The translations under genes and the position numbers were made by a program. A model generated the notes under the pieces. That model had not been told where the DNA came from. It was given only the letters and a program-made list of their open reading frames with translations, and did no database searches. A stretch of 16,602 nucleotides of DNA from Promethearchaeota archaeon (GTDB taxonomy: Archaea > Asgardarchaeota > Lokiarchaeia > Sigyniarchaeales > SOKP01), in NCBI GenBank assembly GCA_019058015.1, contig JAHLWH010000018.1:1-16602 (forward strand), written 5' to 3'. Position 1 is the first letter of the stretch, and the number at the start of each line of letters is the position of its first letter. Of the stretch, positions 1 to 8,491 are shown in pieces.

Positions 1-704
1 ATCATAACATCTGATTCCCACCCAACACATCCATAATTAGCAGCTAATTCTGCAGCTTCAATTGTATTTTCCGGGGCAAGATGAGACGCCCCTCGATGAG
101 CAACAATACCAGGTTTAGGAGGTAAAGGACCTTCAATAACATTTGCAGGTACATATAAAAAAGGCAGACTAAAGATAAATCCATAAGCCGTGATAAAACA
201 AATTAAAATCAAAATGGATTTAGGTTGTCTTATTGATGTCTTTATTATTGAAATAATTGGGTCTAGAATAATTATTACACCAATAGCAACTCCAATAAAA
301 ATTAATATATTTATAGTCTCAAAAAGATGAGATACTATTGCAGCTTCCTCGCCGAATAGATTTAACATTATAAATAAAAGTGCATTAAAAATAACAATAA
401 GAATTATTGCAATAATTTTATGAACTATATGAGGATCAATTCTATTTATTGTAAATATATTTTTAAGATTGATTATTAATAAAACAGCAGAATATACTAG
501 TGGAATTCCAATGATAATCAAAAAAATTAGAACATAATTTGCTTTGAATCCTATGAAATCTCCAAGATATTCATTAAATTCTGCCCAAAGCGGTTCTATC
601 GCAATAAGAATCATTTCAAAAATAAATAGACTAACAAAAGCTATTATGAAAACTAAAAGCCATTTTTTACCTTGTTTTCTATAAAATGATTCATACCAAG
701 GCAT
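1..704 (-). CDS. Glycerophosphodiester phosphodiesterase (GDPD) family protein with N-terminal multi-pass membrane region; runs off the left window edge
   Basis: Not in the ORF track. Manual translation from ATG at 704 (MPWYESFYRKQGKKWLLVF...) gives ~185 mostly hydrophobic residues. The same frame later reads GIVAHRGASHLAPENTIEAAELAANYGCVGWESDVM, which contains the GDPD HRG...PENT...E-x-DV signature. Confidence 0.88.
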   Translation of the reverse strand, partial: MPWYESFYRKQGKKWLLVFIIAFVSLFIFEMILIAIEPLWAEFNEYLGDFIGFKANYVLIFLIIIGIPLVYSAVLLIINLKNIFTINRIDPHIVHKIIAIILIVIFNALLFIMLNLFGEEAAIVSHLFETINILIFIGVAIGVIIILDPIISIIKTSIRQPKSILILICFITAYGFIFSLPFLYVPANVIEGPLPPKPGIVAHRGASHLAPENTIEAAELAANYGCVGWESDVM

Positions 705-740
705 AATAACTAAATATTCACTTCAATAATTAATAAAAAT

Positions 741-2402
741 TTAGTTATGATTATTCGATTTTCTTATTTTTTTATGTTTTAAAATTTGACCATTTAAAAC
801 GCCTAAATGCTCTCCTTTTGCAACAGTGATTTTACCGTTTACAATGACATAATCAATACCCTCGGGATATTGACGACCATTTTCATATGTCGAATTATCT
901 CTAATTGTTTGAGGGTCAAAAATAACTAAATCGGCTTTATAATTTTTTTTGACTATTCCTCTATCTCTAAGTCCCAAAATGCCTGCGGGTAAAGAAGTCA
1001 TTTTCCGAATAGACTCTTCTAAAGATACAATTTGCTTCTCTCTAACATATCTTGATAAGATTCTAGGAAAGGTACCATAAGAACGGGGATGGGTATTTCC
1101 TTCAATAACTAAAAATCCATCAGAACCTACACAAACAAAATCTTGTTTAAATAATGATAAAATACTTTTCTCCTCACTCATCTGCCTCATGGAGATCATT
1201 ATGGAGCCTTCTTCATCTCTAATGAAATCTAATACAGCATCATAAAATGATCTTTTTGGATAAAGAATTTTTAGTCCTTCGCCTAAATATTTTCCTTCAA
1301 TATGATGGTTTTTTAAAACACTAATAATTCTTATGTCTTTCTTGAAAGAGGAAAAAATTAGTTTTTTCATTAAGAGTTTTGGAATAATCCGAATAATGAA
1401 AGGAAGATCTGATAAAAAAGTCGAGAATATCATATTTAGGATTTCTGTAACAATTTTTTTCCTTGACTCTGAATTGGTTAAATTTTGTACAAAATCATCA
1501 TAAACCCAAGGGTTAAGTAGAATGCCTGATAAGCTGGTTGAAGATTCTTCATAAGGATATAAATCTGCATGAAGAAAAATTCCTTATTCTTTAGCATTTT
1601 TAATCAGTTTTATGATATCAGAAGTTAATTTCCATGCATATTTACCTATAGTTTTTAAATGAGAAATATGGGCACGAATATTCGAATTTTTGGCAATCTC
1701 TATAACCTCTCTAATTCCTAGTTCCATTATCCTTGTTCCTTCATTTCTCATATGTGTATCATATAAACCTCCATAATTATTTACAACCTTACAAAGTTCA
1801 ATAATTTCATATGTTGGTGTGATTGAACCCGGAGGATAAACCAATCCCGTAGATAAACCAAAGGCGCCCATTTCCATTTCCTTTTTTACTATTTTTTTCA
1901 TTTCCTCCAGTTCTTCTGATGTAGCTGGATGATCTTCCAATCCTAAAATGCAAACTCTTACATTTCCGTGGGGTATAAAAAAAACAAGATTCGTTGAAAC
2001 GCCTTTTTTCTTGAGTGCTTCCATATAATCTTGAAGGGAATCATATAATTGTGATGCTGATGAACCAAAAGCCTTAGATATAAAGTTAGAATAATATTTT
2101 CGAACTTTTTCATTTGCGGGTGCTCGCCCAATTCCACACATCCCTACTACAAGTGTTGTAACACCCTGCATTATGGAGGCTTCTGCTTTATTTACTTCTA
2201 ATATAGTTAAATCAGCATGAGAATGCATGTCAATAAACCCGGGTGCAATTATTTTATTTGAAACATCAATTATATCATATCCATCTCCCTCTAAATTTGA
2301 ACCAATCTTTAGAATTTTATTATCTTTTATTGCAATATCGGATTTATACCTTGAAGAACCAGTTCCGTCAATTATCCATCCATTTTTTAGTAGAATTTCC
2401 AT
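741..2402 (-). pseudogene. N-acyl-D-amino-acid deacylase (D-aminoacylase, amidohydrolase_3 family) interrupted by a single in-frame TAA at 1584-1586
   Basis: ORFs 1584..2402 and 741..1433 are in the same frame. The gap translates without further stops as AKE*GIFLHADLYPYEESSTSLSGILLNPWVYDD... Family motifs present: IIDGTG, APGFIDMHSH, QGVTT..GMCG, GLSTGLVYPPG, HMRNE, HISHLK, DxYPY, GSDG, HPRSYGTFPR, ADLVIFDP. Restored length is 553 codons. Confidence 0.85.
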
Positions 2403-2545
2403 TAATTCTTTACCTTAATACTCTTATCATCAATAAAAACGGTTGATTATATTTTGAATTAATTAAACGATCTTAATTTTTATTAATTATTTTCGATATC
2501 TTAAGATTTTTTTAGGTAAGAATTAATATTTATGTTAGTAAATTG

Positions 2546-3241
2546 ATGTTTGAAAGATATGAATCCCGTTTTGAAGCGGGAATTATTTTAACGAAATTCA
2601 TAGAAAAGTTAAATCCAGAATTAAACGATTCAATTAGAGAAAATTCCAAGAATTATTTTTGTTTTTGTATTCCAAATGGCGGAGTACCGGTTGCTGAAGG
2701 GTTTTGTAGTGAATTCAATATATCATATGATTTATTAATTGTAAGAAAAGTTAAGATACCGTATAATCCAGAGGCAGGATTTGGTTCAGTTACAACAGAT
2801 GGAACTGTCCTATTAAACGATTATCTGTTATCTCATTTAGGATTAAATAAGGCAGAAATAAGTAAATCAATAGAAATAACTAAACAAGAGATCCAAAACA
2901 GGTTAGAGTTTTATAATATTTCTTTAGATTTAGAAAATAGATATTCTCATATTAAAAATAAAACACTTTTTGTCATTGATGATGGATTAGCTTCTGGTTT
3001 TACGATGTTAGCTGCTATAAAAATGTTGAAGAAGTATAATCCAGCGTCTATTTATGTTCCCGTACCAACAGCATCGAAAAGTGCAGAGAAATTAATAATA
3101 AATGAGGTTGATGGTCTGTTTTGTCCTAATATACCAAATACATGGCATTTTGCCGTTGCAAATGCATATAAATATTGGTATGATGTACCTGAGAAAGAAG
3201 TGAAAGAGATCCTTTCTAGATCTAAATTTTACCTAAAGTAA
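2546..3241 (+). CDS. Type I phosphoribosyltransferase family protein
   Basis: PRPP-binding loop VIDDGLASGFTM, plus PNGGVPVA, IVRKVKIPYNPEAGFGSV and VPVPTAS motifs of the uncharacterised PRT subfamily. ATG at 2546 is preferred over TTG at 2543. Confidence 0.9.
   Translation: MFERYESRFEAGIILTKFIEKLNPELNDSIRENSKNYFCFCIPNGGVPVAEGFCSEFNISYDLLIVRKVKIPYNPEAGFGSVTTDGTVLLNDYLLSHLGLNKAEISKSIEITKQEIQNRLEFYNISLDLENRYSHIKNKTLFVIDDGLASGFTMLAAIKMLKKYNPASIYVPVPTASKSAEKLIINEVDGLFCPNIPNTWHFAVANAYKYWYDVPEKEVKEILSRSKFYLK
3197..3241 (+). repeat. Direct repeat copy 1: 3' end of the PRT gene (EVKEILSRSKFYLK*), candidate attL
   Basis: 37/45 nt identical to 7769-7813; 13/14 residues and the TAA stop are conserved. 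Confidence 0.85.
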
Positions 3242-3362
3242 TTTATAAAAAAAATCGGGTATAACCATAAATTAATTTTTTTTGAATTTTAATAATTTAT
3301 GTATTAAATATAGAAATTTATCAATTTTCTTTAAAGTGCATTTGCTTTAAATATTAATATTT

Positions 3363-3390
3363 ACTTATCATAATGTGAATTATGACGAAA
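3363..3390. other. dif/Xer-like 11-6-11 inverted-arm site (alternatively a transcription-factor operator), copy 1
   Basis: ACTTATCATAA-TGTGAA-TTATGACGAAA. CATAA-N6-TTATG core as in known dif sites. Arms match 16320-16347 at 17/22 positions, while the spacer differs. Confidence 0.45.
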
Positions 3391-3645
3391 TGGTAAGGTT
3401 TCTAAAAAATTCGTTTAAAGGATTTCCCCATTTAATACAAACTACTAAAAAAATAAAGAATATATATTATAAAATAAAAGTTAAAAAATCATTTAACCCA
3501 CAAGATATTTAAATTTATATAAGTCATTAACCTCCAATTTAATTAAAAAAGAAACTTCAAGAATGATATATTTAAATAGTTAAATATAGAAAATTTTCAT
3601 TAATAGATAAGACAAAACGCGAATTTCAATTGGATATTTTTTATT

Positions 3646-6600
3646 ATGAAAGAATTTAAGGTTAATAAGTACATCACTCTAAAATTGGAAAATGGCCAGA
3701 CAGTAATCTATGTTAATGGTGAGTGGTTTTATCAATGCAAATTTTTATTACTAAATATTCCCGTTGATGAAATTAAATCATTTGACGAAATTGAGTCAAT
3801 TGACGAGGCTGTAGAAAAATTAGACAAATCTTTGGAGGGAACGTGCGATAGTATTATAATTCCTCCAGAAGTTGAATTTTGGGGACATTGTTCAAATTTA
3901 CAAGTATGGTATGAAAATGGTTACAACACAAGATTGTTGCATAGAAACATAGCTTTTCCGTTATTAAGAAAGCTAGCAAAAGCCAATGATCCTGTTGCAA
4001 AGAAAGTATTTAATGAAGAGGTTGCTAAAAGGCTAAAGAGCGGTTACCCTTCAGTAGTGGAATATTTGGTATCAAACGGATATATTGAGTACGAGATCAA
4101 CGAGTACATAACTCTAAGTTTGGAAAGTGAAGAATATGAGGATGAAACCCTTTACTCCAGTTATAAAGAATCCGAATATTACAAAGAAGATTACGAAGAA
4201 AGAATATATAGTCTATGGTATGTTGTAGTTCATATTAAAGAAAAAAGGTATATTAAATTTGAATTGTGGCTTTTCGAATATTTTTTCGAAGAACCCGAAT
4301 TTCTCGAAAGGTGTGACGAATGTATCTGGTGGGATGACAGAGAGAAGATTTATTATATTGGTGAAGATAGAGAAAAATACTATGAAACGGATGTGAAAGC
4401 TCTATTAAATCAATTTTTTAAATGCTGTTCAAAAGTAAAATTCTGGGCTAAAAGCAATTACGATTCCAAATTAATAAATCCGATTTTAGGATTTTCTATA
4501 CTCAAAAAATTAACTGAAATAGGAGAGCCAATATCTAATAGAGTTTTCAAAAAGGAAATCATAAAAAACCTTCGAAATTTCCAAACATATTTTTTATCAT
4601 TTTTTCTAGAAGAGGATTACCTGTCTTATTTAAATAAAAATGATTTCGAATCAATCAAACTAAATCCCGAAATACCGAGCTATATATTAGATGTTTTAGA
4701 AAACCTATTTTCTGAATACTTTGAGAAACTTTGCGAAATAGCACCGAGTTTATTCGAAGGAGTTTTTCTCGAAGTGTTAAAGAAGAACGATTTTAATTTA
4801 ACTAAAGATCTAATCAGAAATGGTTTTCTTATATATCTGAAAGAAGATGAATTAAAATCAAGGTTAGCGGAACTATATTCAGAAAGATTAATTCCGTTCT
4901 ATACTGTTTTTAAAAGTAAAGAGATTAAATTTATAGATGAAAAAAGCGAATTAGGTTTAAGAGTAGAAACGATTGAGGAAATTTCAAATCTCGAATCCAT
5001 AGGGAATCCTAAAAAAATAAAAAAATTAATATTAGATAGCAGGAAGGATATTTCTAATATTCAAGGACTTGAAAAATTTACAAATTTAGAAGAATTATGT
5101 CTCCATGGTAATGAGATTTCAGAAATTAGAGGTCTTGAATCTCTTCTTAATTTGAAAAAATTAGACCTTTCGAGAAATCATATTTCTGAAATCAAAGGAC
5201 TTGAAAATCTTACTAAATTAGAAGAGTTAAATCTTAATTCCAATGAAATTTCTGATATTTGTGGTCTTGAGAAATTAACAAATTTAAGAAATTTGAATCT
5301 TTCCCAAAATAAAATACATGAAATTAAGGGACTTAAAAATCTCGTAAATTTAAGAAAATTATACTTAGGTAATAAGATTTCAGAAATTAATGGACTTGAG
5401 AGACTTAAAAATTTGGAGGAATTATGGCTTGCAGGAAATATTACAGAATTAAAAAATCTGGAAAATCTCAAGAATTTACGGTATTTAAACCTTAAAGAGA
5501 ATAAGATCTCTGAGATTAAAGGCCTTGAAAATCTTAGAAGATTAGAGAAATTATTACTTAATAAAAATCAAATCATGGAGATAAAAGGTATTAAAACGTT
5601 AAAAAATCTAAAACACTTGGGACTTTGTGATAATCAGATCTTCGAAATTAAAGAAATTGAAAATCTTCCTAATTTAGAAGAATTAGAAATAAAAGGAAAT
5701 AAGGTACCATCTCAAATTATTAACCAATTAGGTGGATATGATTGTCAATACGCCAAAGATATCCAAAATTTTATCGAATATTCCCGCTTAAAAAAAGAAG
5801 GTTCTATTGATTATGTTACATTTAAAAGTATAAAATACAACGTTTTCAATAATAAGCTCGAATTAAGGCATTTAGAGATAGAAGACATCTCAGAAATAGT
5901 TGGTTTGAATAGATTAATTAAATTAAATGAGCTGAATCTCGAGGGAAACCGAATTTCTGAAATAAAACATCTCGAAAAACTCATCAATTTAGAGATTTTA
6001 AACCTTAATGAAAATCAGATTACCAAAATAAATGGTCTCGAAAAGCTCATTAATTTGGAAGTGTTAAACCTCAACAAAAATCATATTTCAGAGATTAAAG
6101 GGTTAGAAAAGCTTGTAAATTTAAAATATTTAGATCTTGATGGGAATAAGATCTCTGAGGTTAAAGGACTTGAATATCTTACTAAGTTAGAAAATCTAGA
6201 ATTAAGAGAGAATAAGATACCTAAACAACTTTTAGATGAATGGGGGTGGGGGTGGAGACCTCAAAAATTAGTAGAATATTGTCGGTTGAAGAAAAAAAAG
6301 CCGTTCGAATTTGTACTTTATAAAGGTAATAAGTATGAAATCTATAATGATAAATTAAATTTAAATAGTTTAGATATAAACAACATTTCTGAAATCATTG
6401 GTTTGGATAAATTTATAAATTTAAAAGAGTTAGACTTAGAACATAATCAAATTTCCAAGATTAGTTGTCTCGAAAAACTCACAAATTTAAAGGTTTTAAA
6501 TCTAGGGTGTAATAATATAAATAGAATAGAATCTCTTAACAATTTAATTAATTTGGAAAAATTATATCTGTGTAGCAATCAAATTCATAAAATTGAAGGT

Positions 6601-7389
6601 CTTAATAATCATATTAATTTGGAGAAATTAGATCTGGGAGGTAATCAAATTCGAGTAATTAATAATCTTGATAAACTTAGAAATCTAAAACAGTTAGATA
6701 TTGAATCAAATCAAATAACTGTAATCGATGGACTCGAAAAGCTTGTAAATTTAGAATCTCTAAATTTAAACAATAATCAAATCTTAGAAATAAAGGGACT
6801 TGATAATCTTACAAACCTAAATATATTAAAAATATATCATAATAAGATTACGAAAATACAAGGGCTTGAAACTCCCGTTAATTTAGAGAAATTAGATCTT
6901 TTTAATAATCGAATCACTGAAATCAAGGGAGTGGATAATCTTATAAATTTAAGGGAACTTAATTTAGGGGATAATAGTATTAGCGAGATAAAAGGACTTC
7001 AAAATCTGAAGAATTTACAAGATCTACGACTATTTAATAATCATATTTTTGAAATCAAGGGAGTGGATAATCTTAAAAATTTAAGGGAACTTGATTTAGG
7101 GGATAATAATATCAGCGAGATAAAAGGACTTCAAAATCTGAAGATTTTACAAGATCTACGGCTATTTAATAATCATATTTTTAAAATCAAGGGCTTAGAA
7201 AATCTTAAAAATTTAAAAAAGTTAAAGATTGAAAAAAACTTGATTTCTCGGAAAATAATAGATTCTTTAGGAGGATATCAAAGGTATCATACTGGAACTG
7301 GAATGAAAGCTCCCACAAATGGTGTAGAGGTCCCTCAAAATTTCGTTAAATATTGTCAACAACAAAAAAATTTAGAGAAAAAGATCTAA
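3646..7389 (+). CDS. Large leucine-rich repeat protein (SDS22-like 22-aa LRRs) with duplicated Lokiarchaeia-type N-terminal domain
   Basis: About 30 LxxLxxLxLxxNxIxxIxGLxx repeats in three blocks. The N-terminus FKVNKYITLKLE...EFWGHCSNLQVW.E..Y.TRLLHRNIAFPLL.KL is a domain I recognise from Loki LRR proteins. A degenerate second copy starts at YEINEYITLSLE. Confidence 0.92.
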   Translation: MKEFKVNKYITLKLENGQTVIYVNGEWFYQCKFLLLNIPVDEIKSFDEIESIDEAVEKLDKSLEGTCDSIIIPPEVEFWGHCSNLQVWYENGYNTRLLHRNIAFPLLRKLAKANDPVAKKVFNEEVAKRLKSGYPSVVEYLVSNGYIEYEINEYITLSLESEEYEDETLYSSYKESEYYKEDYEERIYSLWYVVVHIKEKRYIKFELWLFEYFFEEPEFLERCDECIWWDDREKIYYIGEDREKYYETDVKALLNQFFKCCSKVKFWAKSNYDSKLINPILGFSILKKLTEIGEPISNRVFKKEIIKNLRNFQTYFLSFFLEEDYLSYLNKNDFESIKLNPEIPSYILDVLENLFSEYFEKLCEIAPSLFEGVFLEVLKKNDFNLTKDLIRNGFLIYLKEDELKSRLAELYSERLIPFYTVFKSKEIKFIDEKSELGLRVETIEEISNLESIGNPKKIKKLILDSRKDISNIQGLEKFTNLEELCLHGNEISEIRGLESLLNLKKLDLSRNHISEIKGLENLTKLEELNLNSNEISDICGLEKLTNLRNLNLSQNKIHEIKGLKNLVNLRKLYLGNKISEINGLERLKNLEELWLAGNITELKNLENLKNLRYLNLKENKISEIKGLENLRRLEKLLLNKNQIMEIKGIKTLKNLKHLGLCDNQIFEIKEIENLPNLEELEIKGNKVPSQIINQLGGYDCQYAKDIQNFIEYSRLKKEGSIDYVTFKSIKYNVFNNKLELRHLEIEDISEIVGLNRLIKLNELNLEGNRISEIKHLEKLINLEILNLNENQITKINGLEKLINLEVLNLNKNHISEIKGLEKLVNLKYLDLDGNKISEVKGLEYLTKLENLELRENKIPKQLLDEWGWGWRPQKLVEYCRLKKKKPFEFVLYKGNKYEIYNDKLNLNSLDINNISEIIGLDKFINLKELDLEHNQISKISCLEKLTNLKVLNLGCNNINRIESLNNLINLEKLYLCSNQIHKIEGLNNHINLEKLDLGGNQIRVINNLDKLRNLKQLDIESNQITVIDGLEKLVNLESLNLNNNQILEIKGLDNLTNLNILKIYHNKITKIQGLETPVNLEKLDLFNNRITEIKGVDNLINLRELNLGDNSISEIKGLQNLKNLQDLRLFNNHIFEIKGVDNLKNLRELDLGDNNISEIKGLQNLKILQDLRLFNNHIFKIKGLENLKNLKKLKIEKNLISRKIIDSLGGYQRYHTGTGMKAPTNGVEVPQNFVKYCQQQKNLEKKI
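6919..7182 (+). repeat. Tandem 132-bp duplication (two LRR units) inside the LRR gene
   Basis: 6919-7050 and 7051-7182 differ at 6 of 132 positions. A partial third copy begins at 7183. Confidence 0.95.
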
Positions 7390-7451
7390 AGGCTCACATG
7401 GTTAAAAACTTATTTAAAGTATTTCATAGGTTTTTCTTTAAGAAATGTGTG

Positions 7452-7557
7452 AGGGGCTTGACCAATTCAGTGACCCCCCAAAGTAATACAGGATTAGAGT
7501 ATTAATTTGAATGTCTTGGGGATTGCTGACCGGCGAATGGTTTACATTCTGACCCCT
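7452..7557. ncRNA. Candidate structured ncRNA or foldable ssDNA element, family unknown
   Basis: About 46% GC (51/110 over 7451-7560) in much more AT-rich flanks. Nested complementary segments: AGGGG/CCCCT, TCAG/CTGA, CCCCAA/TTGGGG, TAATAC/GTATTA, plus side hairpin GAATG-N5-CATTC. Confidence 0.45.
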
Positions 7558-7768
7558 GTGTGTTAATTAATAATAGAACAATTATTAATTTAAATTTAAG
7601 GCAAAAATATAAAAAATTTTAATCAGGTTACAATTTTAATAAATCTATTAAATTGTTCCATTTTTGGCAAGAGTTAACTTCGATCAAATATACCTCATTT
7701 ATTTGCCCCATTTCAAGAATAGACCGAAGCTTATGGTAATAATTTACATAATTACTGAAGAATTGTTA

Positions 7769-7813
7769 GAGGTAAAAGAAATCCTTTCAAAGTCTAAATT
7801 TTATTTAAAGTAA
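7769..7813 (+). repeat. Direct repeat copy 2: displaced 3' fragment of a PRT gene (EVKEILSKSKFYLK*), candidate attR
   Basis: gag gta aaa gaa atc ctt tca aag tct aaa ttt tat tta aag taa versus 3197-3241. Six synonymous third/first-position changes and one R>K codon change. Confidence 0.85.
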
Positions 7814-7851
7814 TAATTAGAAAAATTAATAAAAATTTGGACTCCTAAATC

Positions 7852-7886
7852 TTTATATATAATTGATACTGTGAGTGTCATAGTAT
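7852..7886 (+). promoter_or_regulatory. TATA box plus palindromic operator upstream of padR (probable autoregulatory site)
   Basis: TTTATATA at 7852-7859, followed by ATACTGTGA-GTG-TCATAGTAT (7866-7886, 8/9 inverted match) covering the expected transcription start region. Confidence 0.65.
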
Positions 7887-7945
7887 ATAATTAACAATAT
7901 AAAAATAAATACTATAATAAAATAAAAAATAAAAAACACACAGAG

Positions 7946-8491
7946 ATGAGAAAAATTATAAGACGAGTAAAAGAATTAGGGCCAACAGCTTTAATTGCAT
8001 CAAAAGAATTCAGAAGTTTCGTTGAAAAATTTGAATCTGAAATAAATCGCGGCATTAGTACACTATGCATATTATCCATTATTAATCAAGCAGGAGATAA
8101 AGGAATGTATGGCTACAAAATTCTTAAAGAATTAGAAGAACAAACAAATAATATGTTAGTTATTGAGGAGGGTACCCTTTATCCTCTTCTGAGAAAACTT
8201 GAACGAGATAAACTGATTAAATCGGAACGGAGAGAATTTAGTGGAAGACCAAGAAATTATTATTTCATGACTGAAAATGGTCTTAAGATCTACAATCATA
8301 TTAATGGCTTTTTCACCAAACTAACTGAATCTATTTCACCATTGATGGATATGAATGTTAATTTAAAAGAGGATTATATTTATTGCCCAAATTGTGCGAA
8401 TAAAATTGATATTTCTAAAGAAGATTTGTATTTTTGCGAGATCTGTGGTTTAAATATTAGAGACTTAAAAGAAAGGAGGTTAAAAAAATGA
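7946..8491 (+). CDS. PadR-family transcriptional regulator with C-terminal zinc ribbon
   Basis: RG...LCILSII, MYGYKILKEL, EEGTLYPLLRKLE and GRPRNYYFMTENG PadR motifs; C-terminal CPNC-x12-CEIC. Confidence 0.92.
   Translation: MRKIIRRVKELGPTALIASKEFRSFVEKFESEINRGISTLCILSIINQAGDKGMYGYKILKELEEQTNNMLVIEEGTLYPLLRKLERDKLIKSERREFSGRPRNYYFMTENGLKIYNHINGFFTKLTESISPLMDMNVNLKEDYIYCPNCANKIDISKEDLYFCEICGLNIRDLKERRLKK

Noticed and set aside
1584-1586. Selenocysteine or pyrrolysine readthrough
   Set aside because: The codon is TAA, not TGA or TAG, and the position is not catalytic.
2227-2446. Short plus-strand ORFs 2227..2418 and 2243..2446
   Set aside because: Antisense shadows of the amidohydrolase with no recognisable motifs.
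5178-5471. Minus-strand 97-aa ORF
   Set aside because: Antisense to the LRR repeats; its periodicity simply mirrors them.
6919-7182. DGR template/variable repeat pair or CRISPR array
   Set aside because: Differences are not confined to adenines of one copy, both copies are in-frame coding, and there is no reverse transcriptase, spacer structure or cas gene.
7452-7557. tRNA, 5S rRNA, SECIS or a known riboswitch (TPP, FMN, c-di-GMP)
   Set aside because: No T-loop or cloverleaf and none of the required conserved cores; only short chance-like resemblances.
7565-7590. Perfect 10-bp inverted repeat AATTAATAAT-N6-ATTATTAATT
   Set aside because: Arms are A/T only in very AT-rich DNA and the geometry differs from the dif-like motif; cannot be distinguished from chance.
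7384-7771. Integron attC site (ATCTAAA at the LRR stop, GTTAGAG at the right junction)
   Set aside because: Both deviate from RYYYAAC/GTTRRRY and are ~380 bp apart, too long for attC; no integron integrase in the window.
7733-7813. 26-aa ORF MVIIYIITEELLEVKEILSKSKFYLK
   Set aside because: Better explained as the displaced PRT tail with a fortuitous upstream ATG.
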